Positions 9,136-19,020 are shown, counted from the stretch's first letter. The stretch: 44,529 bases of DNA from Pelagibacteraceae bacterium (GCA_038110645.1 JAYNJZ010000001.1:1-44529), one strand, 5' to 3'. The notes: generated by a model from the sequence alone, not told the origin. A program made the numbers and translations.

Positions 9136-9714
9136 TTACAATAATTTTTTTATATGTTTTTCCAGATCATTAATAGATCCTTTAAATTTTTTTTCATTTA
9201 TAACAAAAGTTGGAGTAGATTTAATTTCATATTTAGTTTGGGCGTTTATTCTACTTTGCAATACGGTATCTTCATGTTTTTTATTTTTCAAACATTTTTG
9301 AAATTCATCGCCATTTAAACCAAGCTCTTTTGTTATATTTTCTAGGTTTGCTTCTAATTCTTTCAAAGTTTTTGCTGAAGTCCATTTGGATTGAGTAAGA
9401 TAAATTTTATCGAGGTAGATTTTTTGATTTTCAGGAATTAAACATTTTTGAACTTGAGCAGCTTTTAGTCCAGCTAAATCTAAAGGAAAATCTAATAATT
9501 CTATTGAAACTTTTTCAGTTAAAATATATTTTTTTTTTATATTAGGTAAAATTTTGTTATGAAATTCTGCACAATACGGACAAGTTAAAGAAGAAAAAAC
9601 TTTAATTTTTATCTTAGCATCTTTTGTACCATATAGCGGAAAATCACTTTCTGCTTTTGCAGCAAATGAAAACATGAAGGTTAACAAAAAAAATATTTGT
9701 ATTTTTTTAATCAT
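9136..9714 (-). CDS. DsbA-family thiol:disulfide oxidoreductase
   Basis: Signal peptide, SLTCPYCAEFH (CxxC), DFPLD, STPTF cis-Pro loop; conserved position before smc. Confidence 0.92.
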   Translation of the reverse strand: MIKKIQIFFLLTFMFSFAAKAESDFPLYGTKDAKIKIKVFSSLTCPYCAEFHNKILPNIKKKYILTEKVSIELLDFPLDLAGLKAAQVQKCLIPENQKIYLDKIYLTQSKWTSAKTLKELEANLENITKELGLNGDEFQKCLKNKKHEDTVLQSRINAQTKYEIKSTPTFVINEKKFKGSINDLEKHIKKLL

Positions 9715-10156
9715 CTTTATTAAATGTAAAATTCTTTAATTTATGTTTTAATTCTGCATCACCTATGTTGTTTAATAAATTTTCTACTCTTTTATTTAAA
9801 TTTAAACTTTTTTTTCTAAAATGTAGACCTTTATTATCCTCAATATTGATTAAAATATTTGTTACAAAATTGTAACCTAAATAAGCATTAATTTTGTTGA
9901 TTATTTCATCTCTTGAATAGTCAATATCAATCAAATCTTTGCGATCTACTTTCAGAAATATTGAATTATGACCATTATATTTATTAATTTTTGTTAATTC
10001 ACATTTTCCAGCGATTTGATTGCCAAGTATTTTCGACCAAGATTTTTTTAGATCATTATAACTAGTAGAAGGTTTATTTTTTATTAATTTTTTAACATTA
10101 TCTGGTAATAAAGATCTTATAGGTTTTAATGAACTAAAAGTTCGATTTTTTTTCAT
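9707..10156 (-). CDS. dciA: DUF721/DciA-family protein (replicative helicase loader)
   Basis: W..I.G..IA..C motif and IINKINAYLGY..V..I.I; occupies the mutY / DUF721-dsbA-smc position known in alphaproteobacteria. Confidence 0.8.
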   Translation of the reverse strand: MKKNRTFSSLKPIRSLLPDNVKKLIKNKPSTSYNDLKKSWSKILGNQIAGKCELTKINKYNGHNSIFLKVDRKDLIDIDYSRDEIINKINAYLGYNFVTNILINIEDNKGLHFRKKSLNLNKRVENLLNNIGDAELKHKLKNFTFNKDD

Positions 10157-10162
10157 TTTATT

Positions 10163-11179
10163 ATGTATTTATCAATATCAAAAAAAATTTTAGCTTGGTA
10201 TACAAAATATCAAAGAGATCTTCCTTGGAGAAAATTTACAAGTAAAAAAGACAAGTATTACAAAGTATTATTAAGTGAATTCATGCTTCAACAGACACAA
10301 GTCAAAACAGCAATTCCATATTTTAACAACTTCTACAAGAAAATTAATACTATTGATAAATTGGCAAAATCTTCACAATCTAAAGTTAATAAACTATGGC
10401 AAGGTTTAGGTTATTATAGAAGAGCAAAATTTTTACTAACAACATCTAAAATAATAAAAAATAAATTTAACTCAAATATTCCCCAAAATTATAATGACTT
10501 AGTTAATTTACCAGGTATAGGAGATTATACAGCTAAAGCAATTTTATCTATTGCATTCGATAAAAGTGAAATTGGCATTGATGGCAATGTTGAAAGAGTT
10601 GCATCCAGAGTTTTTTTATCAAAAAACAAAAAAAAAATTTTTCAAAATGTTGAAAAACTTAAAGTAAAAAAAAATTCTAGTTTTTTAATGCAGGGCTTAA
10701 TGGAATTAGGAGCTTTAATTTGTAAACCAAAAAAACCTTTATGTGATGAATGTTGTATAAAAAATAACTGTAAGTTTTTTTTAAAAAATAAAAAAGTAGT
10801 TTATCAGAAATTACATTATTCAAAAAAAAATAAAAAATTTATCGCTTGTATTTATATTCATAAAAAAAAAATTTTGCTTCGCCATGAAAGTAATCTTGGC
10901 CCTTTAAAAGGTTTTTTGAATGTTCCATTATTTGATAATACTAATATAAACTTAAAAAAAAAATTGAAAGAAATTTTTAAACAGAACGTAAGCTACTCTT
11001 TAATAGGAAAAATGAAAATTTCTATTTCAAATTTCAATGCAGAAATTATGCTAATAAAAATTAAAAATTTAAATAAAATTAATTATAACTTTAAATTTTA
11101 TAATAAAGATAATTTAAAAAAAGAGTTTAAATCAAGTTTTTTAGACAAAATACTTACAAGGGTAAAATTTAAAAAATGA
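10163..11179 (+). CDS. mutY: A/G-specific adenine DNA glycosylase
   Basis: RDLPWR, LSEFMLQQTQV (catalytic Glu), WQGLGYYRRA, HhH LPGIGDYTA, IDGNVERV (catalytic Asp), Fe-S motif CX6CX2CX5C. Confidence 0.96.
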   Translation: MYLSISKKILAWYTKYQRDLPWRKFTSKKDKYYKVLLSEFMLQQTQVKTAIPYFNNFYKKINTIDKLAKSSQSKVNKLWQGLGYYRRAKFLLTTSKIIKNKFNSNIPQNYNDLVNLPGIGDYTAKAILSIAFDKSEIGIDGNVERVASRVFLSKNKKKIFQNVEKLKVKKNSSFLMQGLMELGALICKPKKPLCDECCIKNNCKFFLKNKKVVYQKLHYSKKNKKFIACIYIHKKKILLRHESNLGPLKGFLNVPLFDNTNINLKKKLKEIFKQNVSYSLIGKMKISISNFNAEIMLIKIKNLNKINYNFKFYNKDNLKKEFKSSFLDKILTRVKFKK

Positions 11180-12297
11180 AAAATATAGTAATTGTCGGCG
11201 CCGGAATTTCTGGATTAGTACTTGCTTCATTTTTAAAACAACATGGAAATTATAAAATATCTATTTTTGAAAAAAAAAAAAATGAAAACAAGAATGATAT
11301 AAACGGTATCCAAATATCCCCGAATGCAATTAATATTTTAAAAAAATTAAATTTTGATAATTTTGATAATAGTAAATTTTATCCTATTAAAAGTTTAAAT
11401 TTTTATGATTGCATTTCCAAAAAAAAAATATCGGTTATGAATTTTAATTATTTAGAAAAAAATTCTTATATTGCAATTAATAGAACTGATTTAAACAATT
11501 TTTTAATTAATGAGTTTGATTTAAAAAATCATATTTTTGAAAAAGAGGTAATAAATATTAATTCTAAATCGATTTTTTTAAAAGATGGAACGAAAATTGA
11601 TTTTGATATCTTAGTATTAGCAGACGGTATTTTTTCAAGATTAAGATCTAACAAAATAAAACCTTTATACTCAGGTTATTGTGCGTTTAGGGGAAGTTTT
11701 TTTACAGAAAAACAAAAAAGCAATATTGATTTGTGGATGGGGAAGGGATTCCATTTAGTGACATATCCGATTGACCAAAATAAAATAAATTCTTTTACCT
11801 TCATTAAAAGAATACCTGAAATAAGAGACATTACAGATTATGATTTTGAGACAGATAATTTTGAAATGAATTTTAAAAAAAATTTACCAGAAAAAGCTTA
11901 TGATATTTTTAATAGTACAAATATAAAATTATGGCCAATTTATAAACTTAATAAAATTTATTATGGAGATGATAAAAAGATTTTTATTGGAGATAGTGCG
12001 CACGGTTTCATCCCTTCAAGGGCTCAGGGCGCAGCCCAGGCAATTGAAGATTCATTTATTTTATATAATTTAATTACACAAAATAAATTATCAAACAGTC
12101 AACTTTTAAAAATTAGAGAAAGTAGAGTGGCCAAAATAATAAAAAAGTCAGAAAGTAATTTATTTATTTTTCATTTAAGTTTTTTTTTACTAAGATTTTT
12201 AAGGAATTTGTTTATTAAAATTGTTTGCTCATCAAGAATATTAACTAAAATTCTAAATAGATATATTTTTGATTATATGTTTAAAAAAAAACTATAA
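11176..12297 (+). CDS. FAD-dependent monooxygenase (group A, salicylate hydroxylase/UbiH-like)
   Basis: [21 protein letters not shown] (DG motif), [17 protein letters not shown] (GD motif). Confidence 0.88.
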   Translation: MKNIVIVGAGISGLVLASFLKQHGNYKISIFEKKKNENKNDINGIQISPNAINILKKLNFDNFDNSKFYPIKSLNFYDCISKKKISVMNFNYLEKNSYIAINRTDLNNFLINEFDLKNHIFEKEVININSKSIFLKDGTKIDFDILVLADGIFSRLRSNKIKPLYSGYCAFRGSFFTEKQKSNIDLWMGKGFHLVTYPIDQNKINSFTFIKRIPEIRDITDYDFETDNFEMNFKKNLPEKAYDIFNSTNIKLWPIYKLNKIYYGDDKKIFIGDSAHGFIPSRAQGAAQAIEDSFILYNLITQNKLSNSQLLKIRESRVAKIIKKSESNLFIFHLSFFLLRFLRNLFIKIVCSSRILTKILNRYIFDYMFKKKL

Positions 12298-13353
12298 AGA
12301 ATTTCTTATCTTTTTTCTTAAATTATCAATAGGCTCTAATTTGCCTTCAATATTAAAATGCCAGTAGTCCCATCCATTGCAAGAAGGCATTCCTTGTATT
12401 TCAGCCCCTACTTTGTGAATAGATCCTTGTATTTTATTACAATATATAGATCCATCTGCCATAACCTTTGCTTTATATCTTTTTTTAAGATCAAATAGAT
12501 TTAATCCAGGCTCAACCAAACCAGACTCTACTAAAAAACCAAATGGAATTCTTTTTTCCTTTTTTTTACTTTTCATTACAATATTATGGCTTTCTTCAAT
12601 TTCTTTAACTTTTTTAATTCTTTCTTGTGAAACTTTGAAATATTTCTTATCTTTTTCTATACCTATAAAATTTCTGCCAAGTTTCTTTGCTACAGCGCCA
12701 GTGGTTCCTGAGCCCATAAATGGATCAAGAACAGTATCATTCTTATTGCTGGAACATAGAAGAATTCTATATAACAAAGCCTCAGGTTTTTGTGTTGAAT
12801 GGACTTTTTTATTTTTAGATGTAATTCTTTCTGAACCATTACAAATTGCAATATTCCAGTCAGATCTAAGTTGTTTATCGTCATTTAATGTTTTCATAGA
12901 TTGATAGTTAAAGGTATATTTAGATTTTTCAGATTTAGCAGCCCATATTAAAGTTTCATGTGCATTTGTGAGTCTTGTACCTTTAAAATTTGGCATAGGA
13001 TTTTTTTTATTCCAAATTACATCATTTAAAATCCAGAATTTATTATCTTGAATAATTTTTCCGACTCTAAAAATATTATGATAACTACCTATTACCCATA
13101 AACTTCCATTAATTTTTAAAATTCTTTTACATTCTTTGATCCATTTAATTGTGAAATCGTCATAATCTTTAAATGAATTAAATTGATCCCAATAATCATT
13201 TACCGCTTCTACTTTAGATGAATCGGGTCTTGAAAGCTGATTTTTTAATTGAAGATTATATGGAGGGTCAGCAAAAATTAAATCAACACTTTCAGATTTA
13301 ATTTCTTTTAATTTTTTTAGACAATCATCATTTAAGAGTTTTGTAATAGTCAT
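12292..13353 (-). CDS. ccrM: Cell-cycle-regulated DNA adenine methyltransferase CcrM homologue (orphan, beta class)
   Basis: [59 protein letters not shown]-terminal [16 protein letters not shown] domain; next to rnhB; no restriction nuclease nearby. Confidence 0.96.
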   Translation of the reverse strand: MTITKLLNDDCLKKLKEIKSESVDLIFADPPYNLQLKNQLSRPDSSKVEAVNDYWDQFNSFKDYDDFTIKWIKECKRILKINGSLWVIGSYHNIFRVGKIIQDNKFWILNDVIWNKKNPMPNFKGTRLTNAHETLIWAAKSEKSKYTFNYQSMKTLNDDKQLRSDWNIAICNGSERITSKNKKVHSTQKPEALLYRILLCSSNKNDTVLDPFMGSGTTGAVAKKLGRNFIGIEKDKKYFKVSQERIKKVKEIEESHNIVMKSKKKEKRIPFGFLVESGLVEPGLNLFDLKKRYKAKVMADGSIYCNKIQGSIHKVGAEIQGMPSCNGWDYWHFNIEGKLEPIDNLRKKIRNSL

Positions 13354-13368
13354 ATTTCAACCAGGGGT

Positions 13369-13399
13369 AGAATAGACTAAATAAATTCATGACTGTCAA
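13369..13399 (-). promoter_or_regulatory. Possible sigma70-type promoter of ccrM
   Basis: Perfect TTGACA (13394-13399, minus strand) in the 79-bp rnhB-ccrM gap. The best -10 (TATTCT) is 19 bp away, which is suboptimal. Confidence 0.35.
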
Positions 13400-13432
13400 T
13401 AAACTTTAATTAGTTTTAGTGGCTTTATTAAA

Positions 13433-14038
13433 TTAATGACTCAATATTTTGTGTATTGGAGAGAATGTTTTGCGATGGTGTATCGTTACCCCGTGAGATT
13501 TGATTGCCATTATATGCTTTTTAGTGCCATACCCATAGTTTTTATCCCATGAATAATATGAAAATTTTTTAGCAAGATTTGTCATTAAATTATCCCTGTA
13601 AACTTTTGCAACAATTGATGCAGCAGCAATAGAAGGGTATTCAGTATCACCTTTAATTTTAGGTATAATATTTTTATTGTTCTTATCAAAGGACCATGGT
13701 CCATCGACTATAATTTTATATTTTAATAAATGATCACTATCAAATTGATTTATAGCTCTTTTCATTGAAATAAAAGTTGCCTGAAGAATGTTATGTTTAT
13801 CAATTTCCTCAACATTAGCTATGCCTATTTTATAATAACATTTTTCTTTAATTAGTCTGCTCACTATTTCTCTTTGGGAGCTTGATAATTTTTTTGAGTC
13901 ATTAAGTTTATTAATTTCGAAATCACTAGATAAAATTACTGCAGCCGAAACAACCGGTCCAGCTAATGGGCCTCTACCAACTTCATCAACTCCTATAATA
14001 AATTTTGATATTTTTTTTTCTTTTGAAAAATTTAGCAT
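13433..14038 (-). CDS. rnhB: Ribonuclease HII
   Basis: GVDEVGRGPLAGPVV, LNDSKKL, IVDG, IKGD..SIAAASIVAKVYRD, GYGT, HHRKTF. Confidence 0.98.
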   Translation of the reverse strand: MLNFSKEKKISKFIIGVDEVGRGPLAGPVVSAAVILSSDFEINKLNDSKKLSSSQREIVSRLIKEKCYYKIGIANVEEIDKHNILQATFISMKRAINQFDSDHLLKYKIIVDGPWSFDKNNKNIIPKIKGDTEYPSIAAASIVAKVYRDNLMTNLAKKFSYYSWDKNYGYGTKKHIMAIKSHGVTIHHRKTFSPIHKILSH

Positions 14039-14688
14039 AATTTTTCTTCATTAATTTTCTTTTTTAATAATTTTAAATCTTCCCATGAATATTTTTTTTG
14101 TTCAGGTTGTCTAATTAGAAAAAAAGGATGATAACTTGGTAAACATTTGATTTTTTTTCCTTTAATAGTTAAATCTAGCCAATTACCCCTAGCTTTAGCT
14201 ATCGAATTTTTATTCCCAAAAAAAGTTTCGAAAGCTACAGACCCTAACAATAATATTACAACAGGTTTGCAAATTTCTATATGTTCTAGTACTAACGGTT
14301 TAAACCTACTTATGTCACTTAAATTTGGTTTTTTGTTATCAGCTAGTCTATAATTTATTATGTTTGTTAAGTAGACTTTTGAGCGATCAAGCTCAATAGC
14401 GTTTAACATTTTATTTAATAATACTCCCACATCTCCAGAAAAAGGTTGATTTGAAATTTCATCCGAAACTCCAGGCATATCACCAATTATCATTATTTTT
14501 GACTGTATATTACCATCTGACAAAACTAATTGTTCTTTAGTTTTTCCATACACTTCCTTTAGAGCTAATATTTTTTGTTTAAGATCAATAATTGTTGTTT
14601 GATTCTTAATATTTTTATGTTGAAAAATAATTCTGTCATAAACGCCAGATGATTGATAGAAATTATAAATATTTTTGATATTTTGCAT
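14032..14688 (-). CDS. Uracil-DNA glycosylase family 4-like protein (divergent motifs)
   Basis: IMIIGDMPG..E....PFSG..G.LLNKML.AI, YLTN, LLLGSVA, RG.W, PSYHP..L.R.P..K...WEDL. ATG at 14688 preferred because it avoids a head-to-head overlap with the TPR gene. Confidence 0.85.
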   Translation of the reverse strand: MQNIKNIYNFYQSSGVYDRIIFQHKNIKNQTTIIDLKQKILALKEVYGKTKEQLVLSDGNIQSKIMIIGDMPGVSDEISNQPFSGDVGVLLNKMLNAIELDRSKVYLTNIINYRLADNKKPNLSDISRFKPLVLEHIEICKPVVILLLGSVAFETFFGNKNSIAKARGNWLDLTIKGKKIKCLPSYHPFFLIRQPEQKKYSWEDLKLLKKKINEEKLC

Positions 14689-14695
14689 TATAGAT

Positions 14696-16381
14696 ATGTA
14701 TTTAAAAAGATATTTCGTTTTTTGTATAACTTTTATTTTATTATCCACTGTTGATGGATATTCTTTAATAAAAGCAAACAATAAAAAACTGTATGATAAT
14801 CATAATATCCGAAATTATTTGTATGGTTCAATTCAATTTAACGATAATGAGCACAACTCAGCAGCGAACAATTTAAATAAACTGTCTCTTTTAAGAGGTA
14901 AACACTCAAATTATGATATTAAATTTATAACTTCACTTGTCATAGAAGGAAAAATTGACGAGGCCGCTAATATTATAAATGATTTAAGAAATTTATATTC
15001 AAATATATTTATTTTTGATTTTGTTCATTCAATTTACCTCCTAAAAAATAAAAAATTTAATAAAGCTATATATTTTTTAAATAATATAAAAAATAATGAT
15101 CCAATTTTTGAGGAATTAAAAAAAAGCATTTATTTTTGGATATCGATTGAAAACAAGAAATTCTCGCATAATGAATTAATTGGAAATTTTCAATCTCGTT
15201 ACTCAAGTATAAGTTTAATAAATAAATTTTTGTCTTCAAAATATGTGGGTAATGACATTTTATATGAAGATTTTAATAATAAAATTTTAAATTCTAATAA
15301 TATTATAAGATATCAAATTTTGTCTTCTTGGAATGAAGTAAGACTTAAAAATTATGAAAGTGCATTAAATATACTAAATAAGGCTTTGTTACAAAATGAC
15401 AAAAATCTTTTTTTAAAACAATCAATTAAAGATATAAAAAACAAGGATTTTAGAAAGATTGCTTACTATGATCCAAAAAATTTTAATCATAATTTGTCCG
15501 AGATATTTTATCTTTTTTCAAATTTGTATCAGCAAAGAGGGGATATAGAGTTTTCAGAAATTTTGTTATCAGTTTCTTTAAATTTTAATAAAGAGTTTTT
15601 GGTAAATAATTTAATAAGATTTGAAAATAAATTATTAAAAAATAAAGATCATAAATTTAAATATTTATTTCTCAATAAATTAAAAAGCGCAGGCGATGAA
15701 TACAAGTGGTATGTAAATTACCAAATTTTAGTTCATAATAATGAAGGACAAGTCGAATTCTTAAAAAAAAATTTAAATAAAAAAGATTTATTTTTAAAAA
15801 ACAAATATTTTGATTTAGCTAATTATTATCGAATAAAAAAAAAATACCAACTTGCACTAGATTATTATGAAAAAATGGAAGAATTAGATAATAAATTTAG
15901 TTGGGATTTTTTTTATTTTAAAGGCATTTGTTATGAAAGATTAAATTTATGGGAAAAATCAGAAATAAATTTTAAGAAATCAATTTCATTATCACCTAAG
16001 CAATACTCTGTGATCAATTATTTAGCTTATAGCTGGTTGGAAAGAAGACAGAATATTGAGCAAGCAACCAAGATGTTAGAGGAGGCTGTAAAACTCAGTA
16101 AGTGGGAGTTAGGTTACATTATAGATTCTTTAGGTTGGGCTTATTATTTAAAAAAGGATTATAATAACGCAGAAAAATTATTGAAAATTGCATATGAAAA
16201 AACCCCATCCGAGGGAGAAGTATACGATCATTATGGAGATGTATTATGGATGCAGAAAAAATTTCTACAAGCTCGTTACATTTGGAAAAATGCTTTGAGT
16301 CTTGAAAGTACAGATTTAAAAAGAAAAGAAAAAATTAAAAATAAAATTTTACATGGATTATTAGTTAGTGAAAAAAATTAA
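14696..16381 (+). CDS. Exported tetratricopeptide-repeat protein
   Basis: Signal-peptide-like N-terminus from ATG 14696; C-terminal TPRs VINYLAYSWLER, YIIDSLGWAYY, YDHYGDVLW; conserved TPR-ispE adjacency. Confidence 0.88.
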   Translation: MYLKRYFVFCITFILLSTVDGYSLIKANNKKLYDNHNIRNYLYGSIQFNDNEHNSAANNLNKLSLLRGKHSNYDIKFITSLVIEGKIDEAANIINDLRNLYSNIFIFDFVHSIYLLKNKKFNKAIYFLNNIKNNDPIFEELKKSIYFWISIENKKFSHNELIGNFQSRYSSISLINKFLSSKYVGNDILYEDFNNKILNSNNIIRYQILSSWNEVRLKNYESALNILNKALLQNDKNLFLKQSIKDIKNKDFRKIAYYDPKNFNHNLSEIFYLFSNLYQQRGDIEFSEILLSVSLNFNKEFLVNNLIRFENKLLKNKDHKFKYLFLNKLKSAGDEYKWYVNYQILVHNNEGQVEFLKKNLNKKDLFLKNKYFDLANYYRIKKKYQLALDYYEKMEELDNKFSWDFFYFKGICYERLNLWEKSEINFKKSISLSPKQYSVINYLAYSWLERRQNIEQATKMLEEAVKLSKWELGYIIDSLGWAYYLKKDYNNAEKLLKIAYEKTPSEGEVYDHYGDVLWMQKKFLQARYIWKNALSLESTDLKRKEKIKNKILHGLLVSEKN

Positions 16382-17219
16382 ATCATTCGCTAAAATAAAT
16401 TTATTTCTTAAAGTAACTGGCAAACAAAATAAATATCATTCACTTTATAGTTTGGTAACCCAAATAAATTTATATGATGAAGTTTTAGTAAAAGAAAATA
16501 AAGATAATAAAAGTCGAGTTTTTTTTTCAGGCCCGTTCAAGATTTATGATAAAAATAATAGCATTATTAGGATTTTACGATTAATTAAAAAAAAATTTCC
16601 AATTTTAAAAAATAAAAATTTTAATATTTATGTAAAAAAAAATATTCCAACCGGATCTGGTCTTGGAGGAGCCTCTTCAAATGCAACAAGTATTTTTAAT
16701 TATTTTAAAAAAAAATATAAACTTGTAATTTCTAAAAATGACTCTATTAGACTTTTAAGTCAAATTGGAAAAGACTGTCCTTTATTTATAGATAAAAAAA
16801 TAAAACTTATTCAATCATCCGGGGCAAAATTCAAAGGGTTTAATTTTGCTACTAATTTTCAGTTATTGCTTGTTTATCCAAAAATCAATCTTTCAACAAA
16901 AAAAGTTTTTAATAATTTGAAAAAAATACCAAAAATTAAAATTAAGAAAAAACTTATATTTGCTAACAGAAAACGTTTGCTTGAAACCTGTGCTTTTTAT
17001 GGGAATGACCTTTTGTTACCTGCGTTAAAAACTAACAAAAAATTAATAGATACAGTTAAATTATTAAAAAAATTGAATACTAATAATTTTTATTCTATGA
17101 CAGGTAGTGGATCAGCTTTTTTTTTAATTTCTTACAATAAAAAATTTCTTTCAAATGTTAGAAAAATCATTAAAAAGCAGAGAAAAAGTTTTTGGACTAG
17201 TATAGTCAAAACAATTTAA
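16368..17219 (+). CDS. ispE: 4-(cytidine 5'-diphospho)-2-C-methyl-D-erythritol kinase
   Basis: AKINLFL, YHSL.S, GHMP motif KNIPTGSGLGGASSNA, IGKDCP, MTGSGS; GTG start. Confidence 0.9.
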   Translation: MKKIKSFAKINLFLKVTGKQNKYHSLYSLVTQINLYDEVLVKENKDNKSRVFFSGPFKIYDKNNSIIRILRLIKKKFPILKNKNFNIYVKKNIPTGSGLGGASSNATSIFNYFKKKYKLVISKNDSIRLLSQIGKDCPLFIDKKIKLIQSSGAKFKGFNFATNFQLLLVYPKINLSTKKVFNNLKKIPKIKIKKKLIFANRKRLLETCAFYGNDLLLPALKTNKKLIDTVKLLKKLNTNNFYSMTGSGSAFFLISYNKKFLSNVRKIIKKQRKSFWTSIVKTI

Positions 17220-17232
17220 TTGTTTATTAAAT

Positions 17233-17307
17233 TGGGGCATAGCCAAGCGGTAAGGCAGCGGTTTTTGGTACCGCCATTCCTAGGTTCGAATCCTAGTGCC
17301 CCAGCCA
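17233..17307 (+). tRNA. tRNA-Gln (anticodon TTG), CCA encoded
   Basis: Acceptor stem TGGGGCA/TGCCCCA, D arm TAGCCAAGCGGTAAGGC, anticodon stem GCGGT/ACCGC with loop TTTTGGT, T arm CTAGG-TTCGAAT-CCTAG, discriminator G then CCA. Confidence 0.98.
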
Positions 17308-17311
17308 TAAA

Positions 17312-18538
17312 ATGATAGAAAATTTTCAAAAATTAGCGTCAAACAAAGAAGCTAAACAAATTTACGATATATTAAATTTTAATACGACCGAACCCGTCTG
17401 CCTTTTTGTTGGTGGATGTGTAAGAGATTTAGTAATAAATAAAGAAGTTTCAGATATTGATTTTGCCACATCTTTAATTCCATCAGAGGTAAAAAAAAAA
17501 TTAAAAGATTCTGAAATTTCCTACGATGACACTTATGAAAAATTCGGATCAATAAAAATTAATATAAATAATAAATTTTTTGAAGTTAACACCTTACGTA
17601 AAGACTTTAATCAGGACGGCAGACACACTAGTGTAACTTTTACTCAGGACTGGAGACAAGATGCTTTAAGAAGAGATTTCACTATTAATTCAATATATTG
17701 TGATTTAAATGGAAGAATTTATGATCCGTTTAAAGGCATAGAAGATATTCAAAATGGAGTTATAAGATTTATTGGTGACCCTTTAAAAAGAATAAAGGAA
17801 GACTATCTTCGAGCATTAAGATATTTTAGATTTTTCATACAATTTTCAAAAAAAGAACATGATGAATATGTAATAAATTCTATATATAAAAATCAAGATA
17901 ACATTCAAAATATTTCAAAATCTAGATTAATAGATGAGTTAAAAAAAATTTTATTAACCGGTCTAGCTTATAAAATATTTCAAAATAATTTTTCCAAAGA
18001 TCTATATTTATCTGTTTATAAAGGAATAAAATATTTAACACGGTTAGAATTCAACAGAAAAAAAAGGGTTTTAAAAAAGGAAATTGATTGGGAAATTTTA
18101 TTATCATTACTTTTAATTGATCAAACAAAAAATTTTGAGAGATTTGTAAAAGATTTTCATTTATCTAATGAATTAAAGAAAAGACTTGGATCACTTCAAG
18201 CTCAGTTTACTTTTAAAACAACAGATAAAATAGAAAAAATAGAAAGTTTAAAAAAAAATGTGCTAAAATATGGAGTTGCCTCAGTAGTTGATTTTATACA
18301 TTTCCAATATTTAGTTAATGAAAAATATGATTTAAGTATTTATGAAGAGAATTTAAAAGTAATTAAAAATACAGAAGCGCCAATTTTTAATTTCGATGCA
18401 ACTATTTTATTAAACAGAGGTTTGAAAGAAGATAAAAATTTGGGAAATGCCATAAGTTTTCTTAAGCAAAGATGGTTAGCAAATAATTATGTTATTAGGG
18501 AGAAAGATATTGATGATGCAGTTCAATTATTTAAGTAA
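17312..18538 (+). CDS. cca: CCA tRNA nucleotidyltransferase (class II)
   Basis: VGGCVRD..DIDFAT, flexible loop [33 protein letters not shown] (EDxxR templating motif); no HD domain seen. Confidence 0.92.
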   Translation: MIENFQKLASNKEAKQIYDILNFNTTEPVCLFVGGCVRDLVINKEVSDIDFATSLIPSEVKKKLKDSEISYDDTYEKFGSIKININNKFFEVNTLRKDFNQDGRHTSVTFTQDWRQDALRRDFTINSIYCDLNGRIYDPFKGIEDIQNGVIRFIGDPLKRIKEDYLRALRYFRFFIQFSKKEHDEYVINSIYKNQDNIQNISKSRLIDELKKILLTGLAYKIFQNNFSKDLYLSVYKGIKYLTRLEFNRKKRVLKKEIDWEILLSLLLIDQTKNFERFVKDFHLSNELKKRLGSLQAQFTFKTTDKIEKIESLKKNVLKYGVASVVDFIHFQYLVNEKYDLSIYEENLKVIKNTEAPIFNFDATILLNRGLKEDKNLGNAISFLKQRWLANNYVIREKDIDDAVQLFK

Positions 18539-19015
18539 TTAAATATATTGAACTTTTGTGATTTCAAAAGTTTTTTCTCCAGACGGGGTATTAATTTCTA
18601 CAAATTCCCCTTCCGTTTTCCCGATAAAGCCTTTTCCAATTGGAGACTGGTAAAAAATTAACCCATCTTTTACATTAGCTTCATCTTTACCAACAATTTT
18701 ATATTTATTTTCTTTTTCAGTTTCTAAATCTTTTACAATTACAGTTGCACCGAATATTACTTTATTATCTTTTTTAAGCTTTGTTACATCAATTACATTT
18801 GCTGTTGCAATTGTAGTTTCTATTTCTTGAATTCTTTTTTCGTTTAACCCTTGTTCTTCTTTAGCCGCATGATACTCAGCATTTTCTTTTAAATCACCAT
18901 GAGATCTAGCTTCCGCAATAGCTTGAACTATTTTAGGTCTTATTTTATTTTTTCTCTCATCAAGCTCTAATTTTATTTTTTCTAATCCAGTAACAGTGAT
19001 TGGTTGTTTATTCAT
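18539..19015 (-). CDS. greA: Transcription elongation factor GreA
   Basis: [42 protein letters not shown]. Confidence 0.98.
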   Translation of the reverse strand: MNKQPITVTGLEKIKLELDERKNKIRPKIVQAIAEARSHGDLKENAEYHAAKEEQGLNEKRIQEIETTIATANVIDVTKLKKDNKVIFGATVIVKDLETEKENKYKIVGKDEANVKDGLIFYQSPIGKGFIGKTEGEFVEINTPSGEKTFEITKVQYI

Positions 19016-19020
19016 GATTA

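Noticed and set aside
12292-13353. Methyltransferase as part of a restriction-modification system
   Set aside because: It has CcrM-specific motifs and rnhB linkage, and no nuclease partner; the neighbour is a flavin monooxygenase.
13400-13436. CtrA box (TTAA-N7-TTAA) upstream of ccrM
   Set aside because: TTAA half-sites are present but not at the correct spacing, and they are uninformative in such AT-rich DNA.
14675-14781. About 100-bp head-to-head overlap of udg and the TPR gene as drawn in the ORF track
   Set aside because: Internal ATGs at 14688 and 14696 give sensible N-termini with no overlap. The same reasoning applies to the extended starts of ilvE (30459) and ELM1 (39197).
17233-17307. 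tRNA-Gln as a genomic island attachment site
   Set aside because: I saw no duplicated tRNA 3' end and no integrase; both flanks are core genes.
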